A stretch of DNA of 63,037 nucleotides, the filler included, from Sphacelaria rigidula (taxonomy: Eukaryota): NCBI GenBank assembly GCA_964200075.2. It is 5 parts of 5 records of this genome, joined end to end, with 100 filler letters (N's around TTAATTAATTAA, not from the genome) between each part and the next. Parts side by side here need not be neighbours in the genome. Positions count along the whole stretch, not along the records: positions 12,629 to 25,156 come from CAXNAA020003661.1; 4 more parts are not named here. One strand, written 5' to 3'. The first letter of the stretch is position 1, and every line of letters begins with the position of its first letter. Both the position numbers and the translations under genes were made by a program. The notes under the pieces are model-generated. The model saw only the letters and a program-made list of their open reading frames with translations. It was not told the DNA's origin and did no database searches. Below are positions 12,629 to 25,256 of this stretch, in pieces.

Positions 12629-13321
12629 GCTTGAACCAACCATCGATGATGCGACAATCGCCCGTTGGTGGCGGAAAAGCCTAGCTTGACCCTGACACCA
12701 GCTCCGAGATCGCAAAGGTACAACAATGTTTCACAACTCATCGGATCACAAGAGACGGACGCGCTGTAAGTTGTGAGTCCACATATTGTGTTGATGCCTA
12801 ACCCTAACCCCAACCCCAAGCATACTGAGAATCCTCGGGCAAGGGCGGTAGATAGCACTCTCTTCGCGAAGTGCGGCCCCCCCAAATCGGCGCCCATGGC
12901 GTCGGTTTTAACAAAAACGCGTTTTGCGCATGCGAGGAGCACACGGGACTATCAGCCCTACTAAAAATCCGATTCTCGGTGTTCACACTCATATCAAGTA
13001 ATATCAACCATGAACATTTGTAGCTCAACGTTTAACCTTTAGATGACGAGAAAAGGTCATCTGTTGAATCGGCATCAACTTCACTTGAAAAAAGTATGCA
13101 TGATCCAGATGAACTACCCTCGCGGTCTAAGGGTCAACACACCCATCACGTCTATCGACACAATATGTGGACTCACAACTTACAGCGCGTCGGTCTCTTG
13201 TGATCCGATGAGTTGTGAAACATTGTTGTACCTTTGCGATCTCGGAGCTGGTGTCAGGGTCAAGCTAGGCTTTTCCGCCACCAACGGGCGATTGTCGCAT
13301 CATCGATGGTTGGTTCAAGCA
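12629..13321. repeat. Inverted pair of a ~160-bp interspersed repeat
   Basis: 12629-12790 is the near-exact reverse complement of 13158-13321. Confidence 0.9.
13036..13133. mobile_element. piggyBac-type MITE (internally deleted)
   Basis: TTAA|CCTTT...AAGGG|TCAA; matches the copy at 23061-23230. Confidence 0.65.
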
Positions 13322-14844
13322 ACGGATACAGTACTGGTCGTCACGAATAGAGAGCTAGGGACAGAACAGTAATAGCAGAGAGACTCGGGAACCATTTCCG
13401 GGGAGAAGGGGGCGTGGTCGTTGTGGCGTCCGTGAACCGCAAATGAGCGGGAAAAGAGCCGAAGGTGTGGGCGCCATGGTTGGAGTTGGCGCATAGACTC
13501 CCTTGCGCGCGATATGCCGCATCAGGTACAGTTTGGAGAGCGATGGCCTAGCACAGGTACGTTTTTGGCCGATCGGTGGCCCAGATAAGGTACGATTGAA
13601 AAAGAATTCCTAGATCAGGTATACCTGGGCGAAATTTGGCCTACAAGAGGTAAGCGGTTTCTGAAGGTGAGAGATCCGTTTTCGCGTGGCCATATCTCTC
13701 GAGATCNNNNNNNNNNTGGCGTGTTTGGCTATTTTCGCGTTTCTGGCCATTCTTCGTACCTTTCTTGGCCAAAAAACGAGAAGGTATACCTTTTCTAGGC
13801 CATTGCTCTATATTTAATGTGGGGTGGTCAACGGAGGATGACCGCATGAAACGTACCTTCATCGCCATTTTTTGAAAAGGGGTTCCGCGGGTGATCGACT
13901 GTATAATCTTCGCTTGATTCGAGTTCATTGCGGGCGCTTGCAGCGTGGTACACAGTAACCTAGCCGTCTGAAGAAAAAAGTGCATTATGTAGACTGTAGC
14001 CACCATTGCTACCTAGGTTGGGGACATTACGTAAGTGGAACCATGGGCTGTAGGTGTTCACCACTGGGTGACGGATCGCGGGTCTGTGGGTCTGATCGGT
14101 GGACTCTGTGATTGGTTGTCTCCATGAGGTTTGGAGTTGTTTTCACTCTGGTGGAGAGAGGCTACGGACCGGTTCTCCTGTACTACCAACAGCTGAGGAT
14201 TAACACATGAATAACAAAAGCTGCTGAAGTATATGTGCCCATGATGGGAGGGGTCCACATAGCTGTCTGATCTTGAGTGACAGAGGTCTACAATAAACGT
14301 TTATCAGGTCCGCCAGCTACATGGCGGTATGTCCGCTGAAAAGCAGCTGACACAAGAAGACAGGGAAGCCTGCAGGTCTGATCAATTTGTAGCAAACAAG
14401 ATCAACTCAAGGCGTATTTACGTCGAGAGGGGTCGGAGTAGAACAGCCAGGGAGGTCCTGAGGCAGTGCTAGGGCAGGCTACAGTATGATATCTCTCTTG
14501 CGCCGGGCGCGGGGGGGGGGGGGAACCCTTTGTTTGCTTGCCTTGGCCATTGGCCCATTGCCCACGCTTCCCTTTCGGGAGGGGGGGGGGNNNNNNNNNN
14601 TAGCCCTGGAGTCCGGGGGTGGGGCGGCGTCGGCGGGGCGGGGGCGTGGGTGTGTGGTTGCTTTGGGGTGGTGGATCGACAGCTGGCGAGCCCGAGAGCG
14701 TGAAAAAAAAGCGGCTTAGTCACTGCCTGTGGAGCCAGCAAGAGACGGCTGATTCAAGCTTGGCCGGTTGCGGTCGAGAGGAGTCTGAGGACTTCAAGAC
14801 GTGCTGAGAACCGCGTGAGGAAAAGGTCTTGTGATCGTCGTTGT

Positions 14845-16930
14845 ATGGTGGCACAGCGCATCTTAGTGTAAGGAAAGAGTTGTTGTTCCTGTGATTGGGA
14901 AGCAACCTCGGTTTTTTCAAAAGCTGTTTGGATTGCTGTATTGTTGACCATGATGTACGAGGTGCAAGAGTATATCGCAGTGGATGGTCATGTTGTCCGG
15001 GCGCCGCAACAATATGTCGTTATCGATGGTCGCGCTGTCCGTGAACATTCCTGGACATGCCATACTACGGTCGTCAGTTTTCGAGTGAAAAATCTACCCA
15101 GCTTTTGCGGCAGTATGAGGACTACATTCGTGAGGTACACGCAGCAAATGCGCGTCAGGCAGGCTGGAACGTTCTCGAGGAGCCAGTGGTCTCTGCCCTC
15201 ATGCCCGCACATATTGAGGACTATCTGTGTGACAGGTTTTCAAATGGCACGAATGATGTTGGGCGCGAAAAAATTCTCTTTGACTTGTGCAAGCATGCGT
15301 CTCATGCGTCGTTGAGTGTGGTGCACGACAATGAGATGGTCGAAATGGTCACACAGCATGCGTCTGTCGGAGGGAGAGACAAGACAGTGCGCCCGCGGAG
15401 GGTGCAGCAGTTCGAGCACCCGCGCGTTTGAGGCAACGATACGGGGTAGCTGCCTGCACTGTTAGGTCAGCGAAAATAACAGCATGTGCCTGTCCCTGGG
15501 GACAGGTGCGACAGTTCGCCCGCAAAAGGTGCAGTACTTCGAGCTCGCCCGCGTCTGAAGCAACAACGCGGGGTAGCTGCCTGTACTTTGACGGGCAAGA
15601 AGGCGACACAACATACGCCTGTCCGAGGGACAGGCACAATGGTGCGGCTGCTGAGAGTGCAGTAGTTGGAGCTTGCCCGCGGCTGAAGCAATAACGCGGC
15701 GCCACGTTGGAGGGCGCGAAGGTGACACAGCATGTGTCTGTCCGAGGGGACACACAGGGCAACACGAACTGTGAGAGTACCGTAGTCGGTGATAAATTGG
15801 TAGCCGCTGATACTGCTGTTGAAAGGGCGAAGTTGCAGGGGTGAGTTACACGCGTAATGCGAGCGAGCAGAGCAAGCTTGACGCTCGCCATGCTCATCGC
15901 GAACCTATCTGCGTCAGTGATCTGGCGGGAGATCGTTCAGATGATTCGCAGGGGTGTCTGCTCGAAGGAAACGTGGATGCCGGGTTGGCGGAATTGCCGC
16001 CGGAGCAGCGTGTAGCTGAGGACACGCCTTGCATGCTCGAAGCTGCAGGGCGGTGTTACTAACGTAATGCGAAAGAGCAGAGCAAGCTTGAGGCTTGCCA
16101 TGCTAGTGGCGAATCTATCTGCGCCAGTGATATTATGGGAGATCGTTCAGATTATTCGAAAGGGTGTCTGTTTGGAAGAGAGGTGGATGTTGGGTTGACG
16201 GAATTGCCGCCGGAGCAGCGCGTGGCTGTAGACACGCCGTGCATGCTCGAAGCAGCAGGGGCGTGTGACCCGCCGCGTGAAGGGGGCGCACAGAGCGAGC
16301 TGCAGGCTTCTGATGCTATTAGCGATCACAATTGCTCCGGCGACGTCGAGCGTTGCGTGGTGTTGGAGTTGTCGTATGCACTGCTGTTTGCATGGACAGA
16401 TTTGGTGTGTTCGGTGGTGTTGCTGGAGTTGTCTCTGCTTATGTATGGTCAGGTGCTCAGGGAGGATGGTGTGATGCCATCGGGAGGTGTTACTGTGCGG
16501 GACTGTATGGCTGCTGCCGTTTCGCCTCTCGTTTCTTCTGAAAAACGACTCAGGAACTCGCGTTCGTTAATGCGCAAGCATCTGTGGGCGCAGAGGATTT
16601 GCCGCATTGGCTCGGCGGTGCGAATATACCGTTTGGTGGCGTGCTGAGCGGCACCATGGGGGTGCCAGATGTAGCTGGACTGACGGTGCAATGAGCGAGT
16701 ATTAGCGAGGAACTGCTGCTCTGTGGTGGGCACAAGGTTGTAGTTCGAGCTCTGCCGTTTCTCAGGAGAGGACTGGAGGACTGCAAGAAAGGCATTACCT
16801 GAGGTGCTTGATGTTGTGGTGAGCGCCGGAGGGGTGATGCTAAGGAGAAAGTGCTAGTGTGACTGAGTGCTTGCTCTTGAGTCGTTTTATGGACGATTGT
16901 AGGTTGTGATGGTGTGATTCCTGGCCATGT
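14845..16930 (+). mobile_element. Degenerate LTR-retroelement gag-like region with internal tandem repeats
   Basis: PBS-like TGGTGGCACAGCG at ~14845; broken ORF (YYGRQFSSEKSTQLLRQYEDYIREV...); ~125-bp units at 15340-15830 and ~215-bp units at 15830-16280; no pol motifs seen. Confidence 0.45.
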
Positions 16931-17787
16931 GTGTGTTGTGCTGCTCTGGTTAGCATGCATGATACATGGTTTCTGCGACGCAGGTGGCCCTGCATGTGCT
17001 GAGTGAAATATTGGCATGCATGTGCAGATTTTTCATGTGCTGAGTGGAATTTTGGGAGGCATATGCAGATGTTTCGTTCGGATGTTACAGGTGTGAATGG
17101 TGTCTGGTGAAGAATCAGGGCGAGGCACTTTTCAACATACTGCTGTATGCTTGATGAAGTGAAGCTCGTCTAATCTTTCCGCGCCAGGACACAGTGAAGT
17201 TATCTTCGTGCGGCTCGCACGCACTGAGTGTAGGAGATGGTAATTGCTGTTGTCGGCGTGAAAATGAGCTGAAACTACGACATGCATGGGCTCGTCGTGT
17301 GTGAGCAGGTATAACGCGAGTGTTTTCGGTGGTTGATGACATTATGCGCGCATGCACCAATGATCTTTGATCATGGTACGTTTTTTTATGGATTGCCACG
17401 TGTTTGAAGGAGCGCGTGGGTGGTTTTCCGTTTCTGTCAGAAGCAGCATGTGGACGGTACGTCTATTTGTTCGAAAGGGGCGGTGTTCAGTAGGTGGGCT
17501 GCAAGAGTGTTGAGAAATGCAATCGTATATGATTTCTACACTCCGGCTGATACCCGGATGGGATACGACGGTCCAGAATTCAAGTCAGACCTATCTGAGA
17601 GTTTTCTGGGGCGTGCCCGATAATTTGAGTTTGAAAAAGCGATCACTGCGGGTGACTAATGATGCCGGAGGTCGAGGCCCATTCGCCGTTGTTGAATTGG
17701 TATGCATGGCTTCAACAGCGGTTTGAGTCATGACTTTCCTTTGACTATCTTCATGAATTGAGTGGCGAGGGGAAGCTTTGAAGCTTT

Positions 17788-18014
17788 CACGGTTAGGACG
17801 AATCATTACGAGTTCGAATCACCAAAGGGAGAAAAAAGGTGACCCCTGGTCCAAGGGGTATCCACGCAACTTTTGCGCCATTCCACGTGTCTGGGCTGCA
17901 TGTACCTGGGTTGTAACGCTGAAAACGAAGCCTAGGGATTTATTCGTACGATTCGAATCAATTCTACTAAAACCAAGTAATTTCCAGACGAATCAATGAT
18001 TCGTCCGACCCTTG
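17788..18014. mobile_element. hAT-type MITE
   Basis: TIR CACGGTTAGGACGAATCA/TGATTCGTCCGACCCTTG; 8-bp TSD GAAGCTTT; sibling at 33181-33439. Confidence 0.8.
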
Positions 18015-21000
18015 GAAGCTTTGAAGCTTCCACGACGTAGAGGCGTGCAGAGCATATGTTTTCACGGAGTTGAACAAGCAAGAGGCCAGGTGCGTTTCAG
18101 ATGTCTTAGAAACTTATTTCATTCCGGCTGAAGGATGACGCATCATTTGGCTGTTGCACTCCGTTGCGCAGGTGTTGAACGTACGAAGAGTGCACTTTGT
18201 ATGTTGGAAAGTACCTTGTTTCGGATGAGAGAGACGATTAGTACTGAATGCTCTGAAAATTTGACGTTCGCTGACGTTTCGGGTTGACCAATGTGTATTC
18301 AACAGACTTGTATTGGGCAAGGATTTGATCATTTGGCGGCGCTAGCTATCGCTTCGTGACTGGGAGTAGTGCAAGTAGCGTGATCGCGTGTTCATGATAG
18401 ACATATTTTTTGGGAATTTCCTGCGAGTTGTACGGAATTTGAACAAGCTTGTGTGGAGCTGTTATCGAAAGCAACGGCAGGGATTCCTATTCTGTGCAGA
18501 AAACGGCGGTACCACCAGGCAACAATGATGTCTGAGTTTGTCGAGCTCTAATGACTACTTGTCGGTGGTGAAAGAGCTTTGGCGGGTGCTGTAGACTGTA
18601 GCCACCATTGTTACCTAGGTTGGGGACATTATTTAAGTGGAACAATGCGCTGTAGGCATTCACCACTGGTTGATGGATCGCGGGTCTGTGGGTCTGATAG
18701 GTGGACTCCGTGAATGGTTGCTCCATGAGGTTTGGGGATATTTTCACTCCGGTCGTTATGACTAGTATCCACTGGCGACCGTGCTTTGCCAAACAACAGT
18801 AGCACATGGCAACAGAGTGAGGGAGAGACATCAATCCTAATAATAAGTAGCCCGAGAAAAACCAAATCTTGACCTCATGTAACCGTCAGACAGACAGACC
18901 GTAACTCCCTCACCGAAAATCCAGGAGTAGCATGGCAAGCTGGTTGTCAAAATTGAAGCTAAATATTGAGGTACACAGGGCTGCGCGAACAACAGCGGTG
19001 TCTGCTTGCCTCTTGCAACATCAACCCCAAAACGTCGACGCTTATGCTGTTCAGTCAAAACTGTCCTTCACACAGGAGGACGTTGTAGTTCGTCAGGCCG
19101 TGTCTTACCGGGGCGCAAAAGCACGACTGAAACTAAAGTCGGGAAGAGCAAGATTTTCACGCTACCCTCTGATTGGTCGCACTGCAATAACCCCGCTTCA
19201 CGCAGGTGCAAATATATATATAAATTTATTATAAATCATGTAGTCCCAAACAGTTGCTTGAAATTACGGTGGGCTTTTCTCAAGTCACGTTCGCTCGTAG
19301 GGGAACTGCGTGTTGGCGAACTAGCAGGCTCATGCACGGGGGTAGCGCAGACCTACAGCGCCATCGCTTATCGCCCTGAGTAGGCTCTCTCTCCTCCTGA
19401 ACAAACCATGGCTCGAGCCGTAGGTTCTGATCGACGGAGTACAATGCCCTCGGCGTGGTCAAATGTGATCGCAAAAGCGAATTACATATCATACGGCCAT
19501 TCGAGTCAGACCCCCTACAAGACAACACTCACAAATGTCCATCCATTGCACTATTGAAGAGTGTGTGTTGGCATAACTCATACAGCCGCCCCCGCATCCA
19601 ATACTAATTGATTTTTTTTTTTCCCAAAGGAGGATTACTGTGTACCGATGAGCAAAAAGGGGTAGCACACTGCTTGTGCTGAAGTTGTCTGCACACGTTT
19701 TTCCGCCAGTCTGGGGGTTGTGCTCTAGGCATTCTGTTTGTTTTTTGCCGCGTTTCTCGCGCTATCGATCCGTGTTCAGACCGATGATCAGGCAGTTCAA
19801 GAATAATCGAATCTTGAGAATGTTCGCGCCGAAACGAACAAGTCTGAGAACTCGATAAAATCCCACACATGCCATCATGGGGCAGAAGCCACAAGAACCA
19901 CGAGAAAATCTAAATTTAACTCGTGATTTTTTTTGTCCCGGTAAGACATGCCCGATGAAGGTGATTCCTTACGCACATCGTGTTGACATACATATACGGA
20001 TCTGCCCCCCCTAACATGGCGGGCCCGACTTCCATCAAGGGTCTCAGGCACAGCCTGTGGCATGGGGTAGCGTATGTAGCATCGATATATGGCGAAGGAG
20101 AGGTGCGTGAGACGACGAACGGCTACGAAAGTTAACACCAAGAGAAACCAGGATGGTCTATGTTTTTCGGTATTTTTCAATTCCGTTTCTCTACTCCATC
20201 TGTTTTTCTTTTGCGTTTTTTCTCTCTTTTTCGAGTCTCGGTATATATACACATAGCAGACACCCCCTCCCCCCCCCACCACACCTACAGGACGGGAGAC
20301 ACGCTGATGGCGAAAGTTAGCCGGAAGCCTGAAACCCAAACATTTCTTGGGGTATATAGGTTGTTGAGACAGATGCAATCGGTTGTTTCTCAATAGGCTG
20401 ACTCTCTTGCTCAGTAATTGCTGACGATTTAGCACGGGTGATGGAGAAAATGGCTTCGGGGTAGGTCTACATACGGAACCCGGAACTTATTCTACAACGA
20501 GGCGACATTTTGTTCGAGTTTCAAATTTTGGAATTGTACATCTACTGCTGCAAGGGGTATCGCGCTATAGTAAAAACTAATGCAGAATGCGTTTTTCATG
20601 CACGCCTTATGCCAACGACCACCCAGGCTGTCGTTGGGGTGAGAAATCGGATTTTTGAATGACCTCTTCGACCACAAATAGGGGTGGTCATCTATGAAAC
20701 CAGCGTAATATTCAGTTAATATATGAGTGCAACACCTAGACGAAAACCTGGCGGTCAGAGGGGTTGAAAAACTTCTCCGCGATATAATGGGGTTGGATAT
20801 ACCATGAGTATCCAACATCTACGCTGTCGTCGACGCGCCCCGGTGGTCCAATGGTACAAGTAAAACCCTTACATCGAAAGCTGCGGCTTCGGCTCTTACC
20901 AGGTACACCTAGGTTTTCCCGGAGAGTATCGAATTCCCATCTTCGAAACGTGAGGATGTCAAGTGCAAAAAAAACACGAGTGTATTTGACGAGAATTCAC

Positions 21001-23060
21001 GCGGTGCGGTACCGTGCGGTGCGGTGCGGGAGTGCTAACCCAATCCGCGTGACCAACATGTAAGACTTGTGCCTGGGGGGGGGGGGCGTACTCATTTGTT
21101 GCTTGCCTCAATCGTTTGACCATTTACCACGCACCCGTTGCGAGACGGGGCTTGTGCCCGGGGAGAGATCGGTCAATCCCTTGAGAACACGGACTCATCC
21201 GGAGGGAAGGGGAGCAGTCGAAAATGTGATGAGGAAAAAAAAAGTAGGAATATTCAAAACTCGGATGTAGCCCGTCACGTTTCCCGACGACCGCGGTTGC
21301 TGCTTTAGTCGATAGAACAATGCTTAAAGGTTCCAGCCCGAACGCCTCACGGCTTCACTTTCGGCTAGCGGGTGCACGCCGACCCACGCAGCTCCTACGA
21401 CTGCGATCACGTTTCAATGGTGAAAGCAAATTTCGAGCAAGTCGACTCCATGAGTGTGACTCGTTCCGTTGTCACAAAACCAATAGCATACTTAAGTGGT
21501 TGAAAGCTGTAGGTACAACCATGAAAACACCGCAAACCCAAGAGAAAAAAAGTGGAAACTTTGACAGCGTCGCGGTTTGCGAGTGTATGAAGCTTGGTGT
21601 GAAGGCCTAATACCCAGTCTTCGCTCAGCAGAGACAGTCAAAGGCAGGACGACAGCACGTTGTTTCTGGAGGGCAAACAGCCGACACGCGAATTTAGCAC
21701 GTTGACCAGGCAGGGCAAGCGCGCAGCATATGCAAGTTATGGTAACGTGAAGCGACATCCTGCCCTCCTCAATCCATGGGGTCAATATCGTGTCAACGTC
21801 GGTCGCCAGAGACCCACCCCTGCGGCGAACCCCCAAATCGGCGTAGAACCACATTTGTATGAGGCCGTGCCTTATCGAGACCGAAAAATCACATCTCGGA
21901 ATCACTTTCTCGAATGTGATTATGTCCAGAGCGACTAGTTTGAGGCTTCTCCAAAGTCTCATACACAGAAACACCTGCCGAAAATGATCGCGACTATGTG
22001 CCATGCACCGAATACGAACGAGGCAGAACGGTCAGCAAACTTGATATTTACGACACCACTAGACTAGAGTACAGTACACTACAATTCGTCCCACCAGAAT
22101 AATGGACTCACCCCAGAGCCCCGCCACCAGGCCTTCGGTGCTGTGCCAGTTATCAGCAGGGGTAAAGCGGCAGGCGCGGCGGGCGAAATCACTGTGAAAA
22201 GCGATTCATGTTCCCCCCACCCTCCGTTTGGTGCCCCCCTTCCGCTTTTCCGCCATGGCATCGCCCCAGATTCAAAATGTCAGGGCACACGACGTCGGCC
22301 GCTACCTACTCTGATTTATGTGCTATACGTAACTTTCTCGCAAGTGACGCGATATTTTGCATGTGACGGGGTTGTCGGGAGTACAGTACAGCGGGTACGC
22401 TGCGCTGTTCTGTTCCTCACTGAGGAATGCGATTTCTCCAGCAGCCCAAATATGTGTGTATGTGTTGTCGTCCTATCTATTCTGGACGCTAGTCTACACC
22501 TTTCGGTATATGTGGGCGCATCAGCCGGGTGGGGTCACACAGGAGGAAGGCTAACACAGGAATGTCTTCTTTTTTCATTTTGTTTTAGTACTCCACCTTC
22601 CTTCTGCGGTGCCCAAATGGACCTGGAAAAGTCCAGCAAGGCTTTCCAGAAATCTCGTGGGATCGTACTTTCTTGGGGGAGGGAGGGCGGTATCTCTGCG
22701 ACAAATCACAGGCGAACATGATGTTGGCAAGTAGTTTTTTTTAGCCTGGATAAGACGCTGCCTTGGAAAATAATCAAGGCAATCGGGCCTCCAAAGCGTT
22801 CCTTCTTTTTCTTTCTTCACTTTCTCACGCCTAGGATTAGTCAAAGCCTCCACTGCATGCCGACAACAGCTGTAACTGACACGTTATCCTCAGCCGCCAC
22901 GCCCTCAGTCACGAGGCGGTGCCGTTTTCCAACCGTTTGGGTGAGATGTAATTTCGGGTTCAATGTGTGCCCTTCCTTGCGCTTGTGACTTGGTTTAAGT
23001 CTACGGATGGCCCTACAGTTATTATCCGAAAGCTTTGTGAAATAGCTTATTCCATGTTAA

Positions 23061-23230
23061 CCCTTTGACTGCGAGGGTAGGTGATCTGGCCATACAGTCA
23101 TTTTTCAAGTGAAAGTGATGCTGATTCAACAGATCTATACTGGCGGTAAAAATATCAAACCCTAGACGGCATCAAATTTACTTGAAAAAAGTGTGCATGA
23201 TCCAGATGGACTACCCTCGGGGTCCGAGGG
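23061..23230. mobile_element. piggyBac-type MITE
   Basis: TTAA|CCCTTTGACTGCGAGGGTAG...CTACCCTCGGGGTCCGAGGG|TCAA. Confidence 0.75.
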
Positions 23231-23790
23231 TCAAGTACAGCATAACCCATACAGCACGCAACACGCGAAGGTCTCGCATATCTCGAGAGGGAAGATATCT
23301 TTGTTGCCCCGGTCGCAGCGCACATGCCCGACTGTGGCGACGGCAGGAACAGGCAGTACAGACAGTACAACAGTACAACGCAGCCAGTGTAGCTCAACGT
23401 TGACATGAATTTTCAGGGTCTTGGGCGTGTTGTTGTTCCAGTACTGCATGAGAAACTCCGCTCCAAGAAAAGTCGGTGCAACATAAACTAGACGGTGCAT
23501 GGATCCACGGGCACCTCGGCAAAGCTACGGCATCGGACTACCAAGAGTGGCTGGTGAAAGCTATTGAGCCCACAGGTAGTTTTTCTAGTCGCAACAACAG
23601 CTGAAGCTTGCGAGCACGAGGTGGGGGTTACTGCTGTACGTGCAGATCTCCCTGCTGCTGTAGAGGAACATGTCGATCTGGATCATATTCAGCAGTGAAG
23701 AAGGTCGAAGTCGGCGACAGTAAGCTGCTGTGTACATGCAGACCGAGAATAGCATGCACTGCTTGATATGCAACCAAGGCCAAAACTTAC

Positions 23791-24266
23791 CTTTCATCGT
23801 CTCCCGACACTGGCTCGGCGCTCCCGTTACCTCCTCCATCGTCCTGAGCACCCCACCCGTCCAGTCCCTTGGCAAGAAGTCTTGCTCGGAAATCTCTCAG
23901 CTCCATGCTGGTATGTTCGTTGGTGTCAGATGAATCGGCAGGCTCCCGCTGTTGGCTTTGGTCGTCATCTCTACCTCCAGGCCCCTGATTCCCTTCTTCA
24001 CCCGAGGCATGAGTGGCGACGGAAGAAGAACGCAGGCGATAGAGAAACCACCTTGCTGACAACGGATGCCGATCCTTGCTGCCCATGCTATGCTTGCCAA
24101 GACAAGGAGTGATCATCAGAGATGATATTCCTTCCCTTGGTCGTACTGTCCAAGTACGTTGCGCATGATTAGTCGCTGCCAGTTGGAAGCAACTACATAA
24201 TTCGGGCGCAAGGAGAAGAAAAGTGAAGAATACTAGGAAGCGTTCTCCGCGTTTTCCTCTTCCCAT
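23791..24266 (-). CDS. First exon of a plastid-targeted protein, possibly DUF179/UPF0301-like
   Basis: ATG, hydrophobic signal peptide ending CSC|FQL, S/R-rich transit-like region, motif ELRDFRARLLAKG, then donor AG|GTAAGT; downstream exons not confidently found. Confidence 0.55.
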
Positions 24267-25156
24267 GGGGATGCGCTGCCGTAAGGTCAGCGAATCAGTA
24301 CTACTGCACTGCTGTGGGGTCCACGCCCATAGCGTAACCTCCGCATTGACTTAAAGTCATGGTACTGAATTAAATCTCGTATGCAAACCAGTCGTCATTT
24401 TTCACGTCGCCGACAGCAAAATGAGCCCACATTTATACAGTAACACAAACAGTAATTAGAAGCAAAGGTGATGACATATATATGCCGTAACCTTTCGTTA
24501 AAAGTGAGCACGCGCCGAGAGCGAAAGTGTTATTCTGGCGTGTTTCGTGTATTTTGTCTTTGGCGCTTCCAATTGGTTGCACATCACCTCTCAACCAATC
24601 GGAAGGTGAAAAAAACAAAAATAACCATAACCAGAGTTGTAGTATACACATCGGATATCGATAATCGATACGATTTTGATAAGTGTCGGCGATACGCAGA
24701 GTATCGATATCGAAGTGCAGCGTACCGATATTTGTCGATATTCCGAAAATGACACGATAGGCATCGATTTTCGATATTCAGTACTGTACGATACGGCTTT
24801 TTGGTATGGTCGCAGTGCACAAGATCGAGCGGTACATTCGCACACTGGCACACTCGCACTGTAACAACAGTAGGTTGCATAAGATACCACACCCTCAGGA
24901 CTGGTTTTCAAAGCTCGATTACTCCACAACGAAGGGGGTATGCCAGAATCAGACGGCACGTTTTGGAAAGCTCTCCACGAGGTGGTTGCAGCGCCGCTCA
25001 GTTCAGCCCTGGCATTGTTTCTAGTGAGGAGTAAATGAGCCTTGAAAATCAGTCCAGATGATGGGGTATCTCATGCACCAACAACAGTGTTTTCGTGAGA
25101 TTTGGAGTGTAGATGATACGATTGAGAGTGGCTTTGATCATTCGCTTTAAGTGAGT

Positions 25157-25256
25157 NNNNNNNNNNNNNNNNNNNNNNNNNNNNNNNNNNNNNNNNNNNN
25201 TTAATTAATTAANNNNNNNNNNNNNNNNNNNNNNNNNNNNNNNNNNNNNNNNNNNN
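25157..25256. other. Artificial spacer
   Basis: Same 100-nt N/TTAATTAATTAA/N linker. Confidence 0.97.

Noticed and set aside
13168-13225. Hammerhead ribozyme (CCGATGAG...GAAAC)
   Set aside because: Core is CCGAUGA rather than CUGAUGA and stem II cannot form; better read as a simple hairpin
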